Source: Patescibacteria group bacterium
GTDB taxonomy: Bacteria > Patescibacteriota > Microgenomatia > Curtissbacterales > GWA2-41-24
Direction of reading: 5' to 3'
Assembly: GCA_038063735.1 (NCBI GenBank)
Contig: JBBTUN010000004.1
Location: forward strand, 106,646-170,645
Length of the DNA: 64,000 nt
The notes beneath the pieces are model-generated. The model was not told the DNA's origin, searched no databases, and worked only from the letters and a program-made list of their open reading frames with translations. Shown here in pieces: positions 40,491-49,322 of this stretch. Numbering within the stretch: position 1 is the stretch's first letter; each line of letters begins with the position of its first letter. The position numbers were made by a program, and so were the translations under genes.

Positions 40491-41918
40491 TTACTGAAGC
40501 GAGCTTAAAAGGCCTGGGGAGTTGAAAGCCATTTTTTTTAAATTATTAATATCGCTCTTCTTAATATTTCTATTCATTTCAAGTATTCCTTCTTCAATTC
40601 CGATTTCTGTGTGGAAATCCAAAACTCTGTTGATTTTAGAAAAAGAAACTCTATAATTTCTTTTGTCTCCGACTGAATTTAAATTTTTAATAACGACATC
40701 TTTAGATAGTTTTTTTATCGTTTCGGCAATCTCGTTGATCGTGAAATTTGAATTATTTGAGCCTACATTAAAAATCTCGCCACTAATACTTTTAATCGGA
40801 GATTGCAAAACCATTTCTATTGCTCTTGCTGCATCCCTTACATGCAAGAACGGTCGCCATTGGTCACCTCCGTTAACCGGAATACCCTTACCTTGGCTAG
40901 CCAGTAATGTAAAAAAATTAACTACGAGATCAAACCTCGGCCTATGTGACCAACCAAACAAAGTTGAAAGTCTCAAAACGGTTGGTGAAAAATTCTGATC
41001 ACTTAATCTCAAGAGTTCAATTTCACTTTCAATCTTTGATTGAGCATACAGAGATACAGGTATAAGAGGAGATGTCTCTGCTAACAAATTTTCTGATTCG
41101 CTTGCTCCGTATACAGAACAGGTTGAAGTGAAAACTAACCTATTGATTTGAAACTTTTTACAAGTATGAGCAAGATTGATTGTGGCAAGGGTGTTGTCCG
41201 ATATAGCCAAAGTCGGATTAGCACTTGAAGCTTCATCTCCCACTATTGCTGCTAAGTGAACCACCGCATCAACATCCTTTGCAGCTTCTACCACTTCGTC
41301 AATATGCAAAACATCCCCCACAACTAAGTCAAATCCCTTATGCGCCCAAATTTTACTTAACGATTCCTTCCCAAAGCTTAAATTGTCCAAAACCTTAACT
41401 TTATACCCACTGTTTAAAAGCTTGCGAACTAAAACTGATCCTAAGTAGCCGGCACCACCAGTAACAAGAATTTTTTCAACTCGTTTTTCTGTCGATTTAG
41501 CCAAGGTAGTAAGATAGCTGAGTTTTCCGTCTGTATCAATTATTGCTACATCGATTGGTCTTCGGTGCTTATCGAGGATAGGCACCTGAATTATTCCGCC
41601 CGTTGTAGATAGCTTTGAAAGTGAAAGTGCTTTAATCCTTCTATCATTATCGCCCTTGTTTGCTGTAATTGGCCTCCTATTATATATATCCTTTATTTTG
41701 TCACTGTCGGCATGCCCCTCAAGAAGAGACCTTCTTAAGTCCCCAAAAGAAAGGACTCCCTCAAGCTTACCGCTGGATGAACACACAAGGACAATCTTTG
41801 CCCCCGCCTCGTCCATCATTCTTGCAGCTTTCTTAATAGTAGTAGATTCTTTTAGTAATATCTTCTTAAAATTTTTAATCACGTTATTTTTGAATTTTAA
41901 TAGGCACTCCAAACGCAA
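40491..41918 (-). CDS. CBS-domain pair fused to an NAD-dependent sugar epimerase/dehydratase (SDR)
   Basis: The N-terminal roughly 130 aa have CBS-like features (VLSFGDLRR, VAIIDTD). The C-terminal part has KILVTGGAGYLGS and YAQSK. Confidence 0.65.
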   Translation of the reverse strand: MRLECLLKFKNNVIKNFKKILLKESTTIKKAARMMDEAGAKIVLVCSSSGKLEGVLSFGDLRRSLLEGHADSDKIKDIYNRRPITANKGDNDRRIKALSLSKLSTTGGIIQVPILDKHRRPIDVAIIDTDGKLSYLTTLAKSTEKRVEKILVTGGAGYLGSVLVRKLLNSGYKVKVLDNLSFGKESLSKIWAHKGFDLVVGDVLHIDEVVEAAKDVDAVVHLAAIVGDEASSANPTLAISDNTLATINLAHTCKKFQINRLVFTSTCSVYGASESENLLAETSPLIPVSLYAQSKIESEIELLRLSDQNFSPTVLRLSTLFGWSHRPRFDLVVNFFTLLASQGKGIPVNGGDQWRPFLHVRDAARAIEMVLQSPIKSISGEIFNVGSNNSNFTINEIAETIKKLSKDVVIKNLNSVGDKRNYRVSFSKINRVLDFHTEIGIEEGILEMNRNIKKSDINNLKKMAFNSPGLLSSLQ

Positions 41919-42279
41919 TTTTTCCGGCTGGTATGTTTTTGTTTACAAAACTGTGGGCGCCAATTATTGCGTTTTTGCCAATAGTTATGTTGGGCATAAT
42001 CGTGGTGTGGCTTCCTATTCTAGCACCACTCTCAATTTTTACCGGCCCTCTTTTATTATCTATTGTAGACTCGGAGTATATAGAACAATGCGAACCAATC
42101 TGTACATCTTCTCCTATAAAAACTCCGTGTTTTGCATTGATATATGTGAAAGCGCCTATATCTGCACCACTATCAATTGTTAAATTCTTTCTGTTTTGGC
42201 ACATCCACTGCCATTTAGTCATACCTAATCTATTAAACTTGGGTTGTTTCCAGTGAACAAAACGCTGTGAGTTCTTCAT
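41884..42279 (-). CDS. Hexapeptide-repeat (left-handed beta-helix) sugar N-acetyltransferase (PglD/LegH/NeuD-like)
   Basis: Repeated [LIV]G-x4 hexapeptides: IGEDVQIGSHCSI…IGSHTTI…IGKNAIIGAHSFV. Confidence 0.7.
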   Translation of the reverse strand: MKNSQRFVHWKQPKFNRLGMTKWQWMCQNRKNLTIDSGADIGAFTYINAKHGVFIGEDVQIGSHCSIYSESTIDNKRGPVKIESGARIGSHTTIMPNITIGKNAIIGAHSFVNKNIPAGKIAFGVPIKIQK

Positions 42280-43418
42280 CTTCTTGCTCGTTCAACAGCT
42301 TTCTCAAGCGACAGGCAAACTTTTTCAATATCCGATTGCTTCATGTCTGTATAAAGCGGTAATGCTAAGCTGGATGCGCTTGTCGACTCACTGACAGGAA
42401 ATCTACCAGCAGAAGCATTAATTTTTTTCCAATAAGGTTGCAAATGAATTGATGGAAGATACGGCTTTGACTGGATTTTATTCTTTTTTAGTATAGCCAT
42501 TGTCTTGTTCCTATCAATGCTCTTGTCTAATAATACAATAAATGCCTGCCAGCTTCTGCTATAAACAGTATCGTCATCACGTAAAGTTTTAATTAAATTA
42601 TTCTTTTTAAGAATTCTCTTGTAGTAAAGTGCAGCCTTTTTTCTTGATGAAAGTATATATTTGATTTTTTTCATCTGCATCAAACCTACAGCAGCGCTCA
42701 TTTCATCCATTCTGTAGTTGAAGCCAAGTTTATCATGAGAAAGCCATTGTCCCGAATCACCCCTTCCCTGATTAATCAGGCTCTTCAAAAGAGTATAGTC
42801 CTCTTTGTTATTAGTCACAATCATACCCCCTTCTCCTGTTGTAATTTGTTTATTCGGGTAAAAAGCAAAAACTGCCAAATTGCCAAAATTGCCAACTTTT
42901 TTCCCTTTATATGTTGCTCCCAACGATTCACATGCATCCTCCACAATTTTCAATTTGTATTTTTCTGCAAGCTTTTTTATTTTTGCATAATTAATAGGGT
43001 AGCCAAATATATGAACGGGCAATATGGCCTTTGTGCTTTTTGTAATAGCCGACTCGATATTTTCGGGGTTAATATTCAAAGTTTCAGGATCTATATCGAC
43101 AAAGACTGGTTTAGCTTGGCAATATAAAATTGCATTTGCAGAAGAAACAAACGAAAATGGAGATGTAATAACTTCATCGCCAGGCTTAAGCCCTAAGGTA
43201 ACAACTGAGGCATGAAGGCCGGCTGTTCCCGAAGAGACAGCAATGGCATATTTTGTTCCGACAAAATCGGCAATACTTTTTTCAAATGCCTCCAGGTATT
43301 TTCCAAGTCCAAGAATTCCGGATCGTAAAACTTTCTGTACAGCTTTCTCCTCGTCAGTTGTAATAAATGGTGGACTCAATGGAATTAACTCTTGTGGTAA
43401 TTTATTAATTCTTTTCAT
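42276..43418 (-). CDS. DegT/DnrJ/EryC1/StrS family PLP-dependent sugar aminotransferase (LegC/PglE-like)
   Basis: 380 aa. AVSSGTAGLH motif and the family-typical length and composition. Confidence 0.8.
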   Translation of the reverse strand: MKRINKLPQELIPLSPPFITTDEEKAVQKVLRSGILGLGKYLEAFEKSIADFVGTKYAIAVSSGTAGLHASVVTLGLKPGDEVITSPFSFVSSANAILYCQAKPVFVDIDPETLNINPENIESAITKSTKAILPVHIFGYPINYAKIKKLAEKYKLKIVEDACESLGATYKGKKVGNFGNLAVFAFYPNKQITTGEGGMIVTNNKEDYTLLKSLINQGRGDSGQWLSHDKLGFNYRMDEMSAAVGLMQMKKIKYILSSRKKAALYYKRILKKNNLIKTLRDDDTVYSRSWQAFIVLLDKSIDRNKTMAILKKNKIQSKPYLPSIHLQPYWKKINASAGRFPVSESTSASSLALPLYTDMKQSDIEKVCLSLEKAVERARR

Positions 43419-44553
43419 AAAAATGTTTTTGAATTAAATTAAGATGTAAATTAATTTTTTCCAGTATTTTTGCGATTTTCTTACCGCTATGCCCATTGCC
43501 GTAAATATTGTCCTTTTTAAACCTTTTTTTGCCCTTGATTATTTTACTTATAGCAGTCTCTATTCTTAAAGCATCGTAGTCAATATCCACCACGTTACTG
43601 TTTCTTTCTCTGCCTTCCTGTCTAGTACCGACATTAACAACTGGCAACCCAAAGGATGAAGCTTCAATTATTCCGCTGGATGAGTTACCAACAAGAACAT
43701 TCGCAATTCTCAGAGTGTTAGCATAAATTCTTCTGTCCATATTTCTTAAGACTAGGTAGTCTTTTTTCGAACTGAATTTTTCAAGCTCATTGGCAATAGC
43801 GTTAGAACCAGGATCTCCATTAGGATAAATCAAAATTCTCGTGCACTTGATGTTTGATACAGCTTTTAATGTTTCTCTTATCTCTCGCCTTGCTGTAGTC
43901 GGAGATGTTGAAACAGGGTGTTGTAACAGAATTATTAAAGTGTTACCAATTTTGACACCCAACTTCTTAGAGAGTTCACCCTTGCTAATTACAGGTTCGC
44001 TCATAAGTTCATCAAGCCCGGGTGCGCCCACTAAAAATACATTTTTTGGATTTTCTCCCATCCTTAAAATCCTATTCATACTTTTTTTTGTCGCGGGAAA
44101 GTGGAAATGGGCAAGTTTTGTAATAGCGTGTCTTATAGACTCATCAAACCCGGCTTTAGAAAGATCCCCACCGTGGATATGAGCAATTGGGATTGGAATA
44201 AAAGCTGCAGAAACTGCGCAAGCAAGCGCTTCACTCCTGTCGCCACTTAAAACGACTAAATCTGGCTTAAGCCTTAAAAGAATTTTGGTAAATTCTAGTA
44301 TCCCGTTGCCTATCTCGAGACTAACCTTCCCCTCAATCTCTTCGTCTATAACAATGTTTACCTTAGCATCTATTGAAAAACCATCTCTATTAATCAGCTC
44401 GATTGTGGAGCCATATTTCTTAAGAAGATGAACTCCGGAGACAATAAGTTGTAAATCAAGACTTTTAGATTCGCTAATCGCGGTAACTACAGGCCTAAGA
44501 ATTCCATACTCAGATCTTCCGCCAGTAAAAACTGCAATACGTTTCCTTTTCAT
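43405..44553 (-). CDS. UDP-N-acetylglucosamine 2-epimerase, hydrolysing type (NeuC/LegG-like)
   Basis: IAVFTGGRSEYGILRPV N-terminus and GDRSEALACAVSAAFIPIPIAHIHGGD. Confidence 0.7.
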   Translation of the reverse strand: MKRKRIAVFTGGRSEYGILRPVVTAISESKSLDLQLIVSGVHLLKKYGSTIELINRDGFSIDAKVNIVIDEEIEGKVSLEIGNGILEFTKILLRLKPDLVVLSGDRSEALACAVSAAFIPIPIAHIHGGDLSKAGFDESIRHAITKLAHFHFPATKKSMNRILRMGENPKNVFLVGAPGLDELMSEPVISKGELSKKLGVKIGNTLIILLQHPVSTSPTTARREIRETLKAVSNIKCTRILIYPNGDPGSNAIANELEKFSSKKDYLVLRNMDRRIYANTLRIANVLVGNSSSGIIEASSFGLPVVNVGTRQEGRERNSNVVDIDYDALRIETAISKIIKGKKRFKKDNIYGNGHSGKKIAKILEKINLHLNLIQKHFYEKN

Positions 44554-45434
44554 AAGAGCCTATCGCCAATTTTAATTTTTCTTGGCTGCCACTTAGTAAC
44601 ATAAATCGCACCATCTCGGCATTTAACGATAAAACCACCCTTTTTCTTTTTTACAACCTCGCCATTTGCTCCTGGAAAGGTTTCATGCATTTTTCTTGCT
44701 TGCCATATTATTAACTTTTTTTCGCCAAACGTACAAAATGCGCCCGGATACGGCCGGGTTGTTGCTCTTATTAGCTTATCAATTCGGTCTAAACTCCAGG
44801 ACCATTTTATTTTTCCGTCCATTGGTTCTCTAGCTGGCCAATAATTACTCCTAGCCGGCTGCATAATTATTTTTATTGTTCCGTTTTCAATTTGGGGTAA
44901 AACTTTGTTAACCATTATTTTTCCAACAGCAATCATTTTTTTGTAAATACTAGCAGCGTCATCCTTAGAAGTAATCTTCCATTTCATTTGATATACAACG
45001 TCTCCGGTGTCTGCGCCTTCATCCAAATACATAAATGTCAGTCCGGAGACTTTTAATCCTTTTATTATCGACCAGGGTATTGGTGATCTACCCCGATTTT
45101 TTGGAAGAAGAGCCGGGTGAGTTCCAAGAACACCGATTGATGGTAACGTCAGTAATGTTTTTTTAACAATTTGTGAGAGGCCAAAAACCAACATCAAATC
45201 TGGTTTTAGTTTTCTTATCAAACTCACATTTTTATTTTCATTAATGTTTTTAAACCAAAAGTGCGGAATCTTATATTTTTTAGCAAGGTCAGATTGATCT
45301 CTGTAATCAGAGATGTTTTTTGAAAAATCTGGATGGACGTTGAAAACGCCAACTACATCGGCAAGTTTTTTTTCTAAAATCTCGTTCAGGCAGTACCAAG
45401 AGAACTCAATGCTGCCTATATAAACGACTCTCAT
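44550..45434 (-). CDS. Formyltransferase (Fmt-like), probable sugar N-formyltransferase
   Basis: GVLGTHPALLPKNRGRSPIPWSIIKG (HxxLLPxxRG motif). The C-terminal domain is Fmt-like. Confidence 0.7.
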   Translation of the reverse strand: MRVVYIGSIEFSWYCLNEILEKKLADVVGVFNVHPDFSKNISDYRDQSDLAKKYKIPHFWFKNINENKNVSLIRKLKPDLMLVFGLSQIVKKTLLTLPSIGVLGTHPALLPKNRGRSPIPWSIIKGLKVSGLTFMYLDEGADTGDVVYQMKWKITSKDDAASIYKKMIAVGKIMVNKVLPQIENGTIKIIMQPARSNYWPAREPMDGKIKWSWSLDRIDKLIRATTRPYPGAFCTFGEKKLIIWQARKMHETFPGANGEVVKKKKGGFIVKCRDGAIYVTKWQPRKIKIGDRLL

Positions 45435-45436
45435 AA

Positions 45437-46099
45437 TTAATCATTTCTGGCGTATAAAATTGAAAAAACTTCTGCATATTTATACCCGGATCTTAGACCT
45501 CTTTCCGAGGCAAGTATCGTTAACCCTTTTAAGGATCTGGGATGAGGGTATTCTTTTAATTCTGATTTGTAAAAACTCATAACCTCCAGCTTATTTTTAA
45601 AATTTAAAGAAATGTTCTCGAAGTAATTAAAAACCTGCTTGTTACTTTTTATTTCCGAAAAATTTGTTGTGACTGGAATCTCATAGCTAATAATCTGTTT
45701 AACTTCACTTCCATTCCATGGTCTAACAACGGAAAGAACATTACCGGTCACAATTTCATGGTCCAAATGGCAATCGAAAAGCGGTGGCGTGTAAATAACC
45801 TCGGCCCTTGTTGACTTGACTGCATTTGAAATTGTATCGGCTATCTCAAGTTGAGGATAACTGGAAAGAGAAGCTGCTTTGAACTTAGCATTAATAACTT
45901 TCCGAAATCCATAATAACTCCCAACTTTTTTTATCTCCTTTTTTTTTGCAGTTATATAACGGGCATCCCATTTCGGAGTAAAAGCGCGAGTCACAATGAG
46001 CCAGGACAAGCTATGGCCGCGAGATGAAAGTTTTGAGAGAGTTCCCCCCATTCCTATTGTCTCATCATCTGGATGAGCAGAAATTATAAGAATATTCAT
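45437..46099 (-). CDS. PIG-L/LmbE family N-acetyl-sugar deacetylase
   Basis: LIISAHPDDETIGMGGT signature. Confidence 0.7.
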   Translation of the reverse strand: MNILIISAHPDDETIGMGGTLSKLSSRGHSLSWLIVTRAFTPKWDARYITAKKKEIKKVGSYYGFRKVINAKFKAASLSSYPQLEIADTISNAVKSTRAEVIYTPPLFDCHLDHEIVTGNVLSVVRPWNGSEVKQIISYEIPVTTNFSEIKSNKQVFNYFENISLNFKNKLEVMSFYKSELKEYPHPRSLKGLTILASERGLRSGYKYAEVFSILYARND

Positions 46100-47208
46100 T
46101 CGACCATTTCTGAAGTAATTTCTTGGTCGGCGACAACAGAAGTTTTCAAATTCTTGTCCAGTAACTGTTCAAAGTCCATCGGTGATTGTCTGCCACGAGT
46201 TCTTTTAGGAATAAGCAAGTCAATAGTGACCTTGTCTCCTTCGGCCATATCATTCCTTGCCCTGACAGCTTTTCTAAAAAACTCTATATTATTTACCTCA
46301 GATGGTTGTACTTTTTTTACTCCATCGCCAAGTGCTTCGGGGTGTTTTATTTCTTTTGAAGGGGATGATTCGGCTTCTCTTATTAAATTAACCATTTCAC
46401 GAAACTCTTCTGTATTAAGAGAAGCTCTATGGTCGGGACCGTCCATTTTCTTGTCGAGTGTCATATGTTTTTCAATAGAAACCGCTCCAAGTCTGACTGC
46501 ATCTGCCGGTACAATCATGTCGTCGCCGTTATCGGAAAATCCCACCAATACACCATATTTTTGAGAAAGCTTTTCTTTAAATGTTTTAATAACATCGAGG
46601 TTTTGTTCTCGTGTAGGAGTAGGATAAGAAGATGTACAGTGGTAAACAAGGATCGTGCCTTCAAAACCATGTTCTTGTAAAAATACTAGGGATCTCTCAA
46701 CGTCTTCAAGTGTTCCACCCCCTGTTGAAAGGAACAATGGCTTAGATTTTAAATCAGGATGTTTTGCGATCTTATATAATAAAAGTCCGTTATTTAAATC
46801 CGGAGACGCAATTTTAATTACAGGTAAGTTTAATCTGGCTAATATATCTACACTTGTCAGATCGTGGGGTGTAGCATAGAAAATTATCCCCTTCTGCCAA
46901 GAATATTGCTGTAGTTGGACAAGTTGGTCTTCTGAAAGTGAAAGTTTTTTTAACATCTCGCGTTGGCTTTCGCCTTCGCCAGTGGTCTCTTTTTGGTAAT
47001 TCCCTTTGGATGCATCCTTAGTTGCAATCTCATCCGGGATAAAAATCTGAAATTTGACAGCGTCTGCGCCGACAGCTTTTGCTTGATCAATAAGTTTTCT
47101 TGCCAAATCCACTTGTCCATTGTGATTGACACCTGCTTCTGCAACGATAAAGCATGGTTGGCCAATTCCTACAGACTTATCCCCAATGCTTATATTTTGT
47201 CTTTTCAT
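46096..47208 (-). CDS. Nonulosonic acid synthase (NeuB/LegI/PseI family) with a C-terminal SAF domain
   Basis: GQPCFIVAEAGVNHNGQ and AVKFQ motifs. About 370 aa. Confidence 0.8.
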   Translation of the reverse strand: MKRQNISIGDKSVGIGQPCFIVAEAGVNHNGQVDLARKLIDQAKAVGADAVKFQIFIPDEIATKDASKGNYQKETTGEGESQREMLKKLSLSEDQLVQLQQYSWQKGIIFYATPHDLTSVDILARLNLPVIKIASPDLNNGLLLYKIAKHPDLKSKPLFLSTGGGTLEDVERSLVFLQEHGFEGTILVYHCTSSYPTPTREQNLDVIKTFKEKLSQKYGVLVGFSDNGDDMIVPADAVRLGAVSIEKHMTLDKKMDGPDHRASLNTEEFREMVNLIREAESSPSKEIKHPEALGDGVKKVQPSEVNNIEFFRKAVRARNDMAEGDKVTIDLLIPKRTRGRQSPMDFEQLLDKNLKTSVVADQEITSEMVE

Positions 47209-47246
47209 ATCGACGACATTGTAATTAATTGTTTAGTCAAATACAA

Positions 47247-47954
47247 TCAACCCTTTTTATATGCAAATAAAGCTCTGGCTATGTTTAGGTCTTCCATATC
47301 ATCTACGTCAATTGATTCTAACTTACTAGTAAGAATGTAACCAGACCGATTTTTAGCAAAAGGATACCTAAGCGCTTTTTTAATAAAATCCTTCTTATAA
47401 ACGTACAAAACGCCATCTATTTCATAATTCTTATCAAAATCTTGTCCACGGATTTTTGAAAAATCATTTGCATAGATAAACTCCAATAGTTCTTTGTTTA
47501 TTTTAAGAATCCAGTTAGAAGGGAATTTAGTTTGTTTTACAGAAAATATTGCGTCAAGCTTATCCCAATTCCCCCAAAGCTTTTTAATGCCAGAGATGAT
47601 GGTAGTTGCTGATCTAAAAGGGGAAGTGGGTTGTAACAAGACTACCGTGTCGAATCGCACCCCTTCCTCTTCCAGTGCCTCAACAGAATGTTTCAAAACG
47701 GACAAGGTCGAAGATTTGTCTTTAGCATGTTGGTTAGGTCTTTTTATAATCTTTGCTTCATACCTGGTAGCAGTTTGAGCAATTTCTGCATCATCTGTAG
47801 AAACATAAATCCGACTAGGGAAGTACTTAGAGATTTTGGCAGATAAAATAGTGTATGCAATTAACGGTTTACCATCGATATCTACGACATTTTTTTTAGG
47901 AATTCTCTTCGATCCACCCCGCGCAGGAATAATTGCAATGGCACGGTGTTTCAT
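47247..47954 (-). CDS. CMP-nonulosonic acid synthetase (acylneuraminate cytidylyltransferase, NeuA/LegF family)
   Basis: AIIPARGGSKRIPKKN N-terminal signature. Confidence 0.8.
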   Translation of the reverse strand: MKHRAIAIIPARGGSKRIPKKNVVDIDGKPLIAYTILSAKISKYFPSRIYVSTDDAEIAQTATRYEAKIIKRPNQHAKDKSSTLSVLKHSVEALEEEGVRFDTVVLLQPTSPFRSATTIISGIKKLWGNWDKLDAIFSVKQTKFPSNWILKINKELLEFIYANDFSKIRGQDFDKNYEIDGVLYVYKKDFIKKALRYPFAKNRSGYILTSKLESIDVDDMEDLNIARALFAYKKG

Positions 47955-47960
47955 AAGTAA

Positions 47961-49244
47961 TTATTCTTCAATATCTTTGCTCTTCAATATTCTAGGGATG
48001 GGAAGAGGAATTATAAAATCACCTCGGAAACCATTTTTTTTAATTTTAGGAGCCAACTCATCTGCAATATGCCATGATAAAAGAAGTGCATAATCCGGTT
48101 GGTCGCTATAAAGCCTATCTTCATCAAGAACGGGAATTACAGTACCAGGGACGTACTTACCAATCTTATGTGAACCTTTTATTTCTAAAACACAATCCAA
48201 AATACCATCATCAATTCCAACGTAATTTATTAGTGTACTGGCTCGTGACGGGGCCCCGATTCCATAAATAACCTTATTTTGTATTTTTAATTTTTCCAAA
48301 AGGGACATGATCTTAAGTTTTGATAAAGTCACTTCTTTTTGGAATCTAATTAAATTTGCTTTATTAGTAACCGCAGCTTTCTCTTTCTTAAGCATATCCC
48401 CAACACTCTTCCCAATTTTTCGAGTGTCTTTCTTGGCAGCGTATACTCTGATTGAGCCACCGTGAGACGGAATGTTTTTTGCATGAAATACCTCAAGCCC
48501 ATGCATAGCAAGGAGATACTTTAAACTGTGGAGTGAATAATATCTCATATGTTCATGATAAATAGTATCATATTGTAAAGTTTTAATTAACGAATAAAGA
48601 TAATGAGACTCAGATATAAATACACCGCCTGGTTTTATGAGTCGAATAATATTTTTCAAAGCTTCATGAATATTTTCCATATGTGCAAAAACATTTGTGG
48701 CAGTGACGACTGTCGCTTTTCCTCTAGTTTTGATAATTTTATCAACAACTTTTGCAGTAAAATAATCTATTATAGTATCAATCCCTTTTTTAACCGCGAG
48801 TTTCCCAATTTCTTCGGGTGTTACCCCGAGAACTTTATGCTCATTAACAAAGTTAGAAAGAAGATTTCCATCATTTGATCCAATGTCTACAATCAAATCC
48901 TCACTTTTAAGTGATAGTAATTTTGAAGATTCGCGATATAATTCCTCAAAATTTTCTCTTAAAACCCTCGTGGTGCTACTCGTGTAAGGGTATTCTGGAG
49001 GGAATAAAATTTTTGGATCAACGATAAGTCCAAGCTGGACTAGATGACATTTTCGACAGTACAACCATTGAGCAGGGTAGCTGGGTTCCTCAGACGGTCT
49101 AGTGCCAATCTTTGGCATCGTGTTGACAGGGGGCAAGTATCCTAGAAAAAGGATAGAGGATAGTTTAGGGTTTTCACATATTTGACATTTTTTTACCACC
49201 ACGCTGGAACCGGTACCAAAAGCAAAGGAAGAATTCTTAGTCAT
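47961..49244 (-). CDS. Putative sugar C-methyltransferase (Zn-ribbon Methyltransf_13 N-domain + SAM MTase, TylCIII/NovU-like)
   Basis: CQIC…CRKC zinc ribbon, a DIGSNDGNLL SAM motif and a C-terminal Methyltransf_14-like region. Confidence 0.55.
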   Translation of the reverse strand: MTKNSSFAFGTGSSVVVKKCQICENPKLSSILFLGYLPPVNTMPKIGTRPSEEPSYPAQWLYCRKCHLVQLGLIVDPKILFPPEYPYTSSTTRVLRENFEELYRESSKLLSLKSEDLIVDIGSNDGNLLSNFVNEHKVLGVTPEEIGKLAVKKGIDTIIDYFTAKVVDKIIKTRGKATVVTATNVFAHMENIHEALKNIIRLIKPGGVFISESHYLYSLIKTLQYDTIYHEHMRYYSLHSLKYLLAMHGLEVFHAKNIPSHGGSIRVYAAKKDTRKIGKSVGDMLKKEKAAVTNKANLIRFQKEVTLSKLKIMSLLEKLKIQNKVIYGIGAPSRASTLINYVGIDDGILDCVLEIKGSHKIGKYVPGTVIPVLDEDRLYSDQPDYALLLSWHIADELAPKIKKNGFRGDFIIPLPIPRILKSKDIEE

Positions 49245-49271
49245 TAGATAATATTCGCTTCTCCATACATC

Positions 49272-49322
49272 ATTTATTCTAAATTATATTCACTTCGCTT
49301 ATGTAATTTATTCTAAATTATA
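49272..49322. repeat. 17-bp perfect direct repeat ATTTATTCTAAATTATA, two copies at 49272-49288 and 49306-49322
   Basis: Seen directly in the sequence. The second copy overlaps the stop codon of 49313-50302. Confidence 0.8.
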
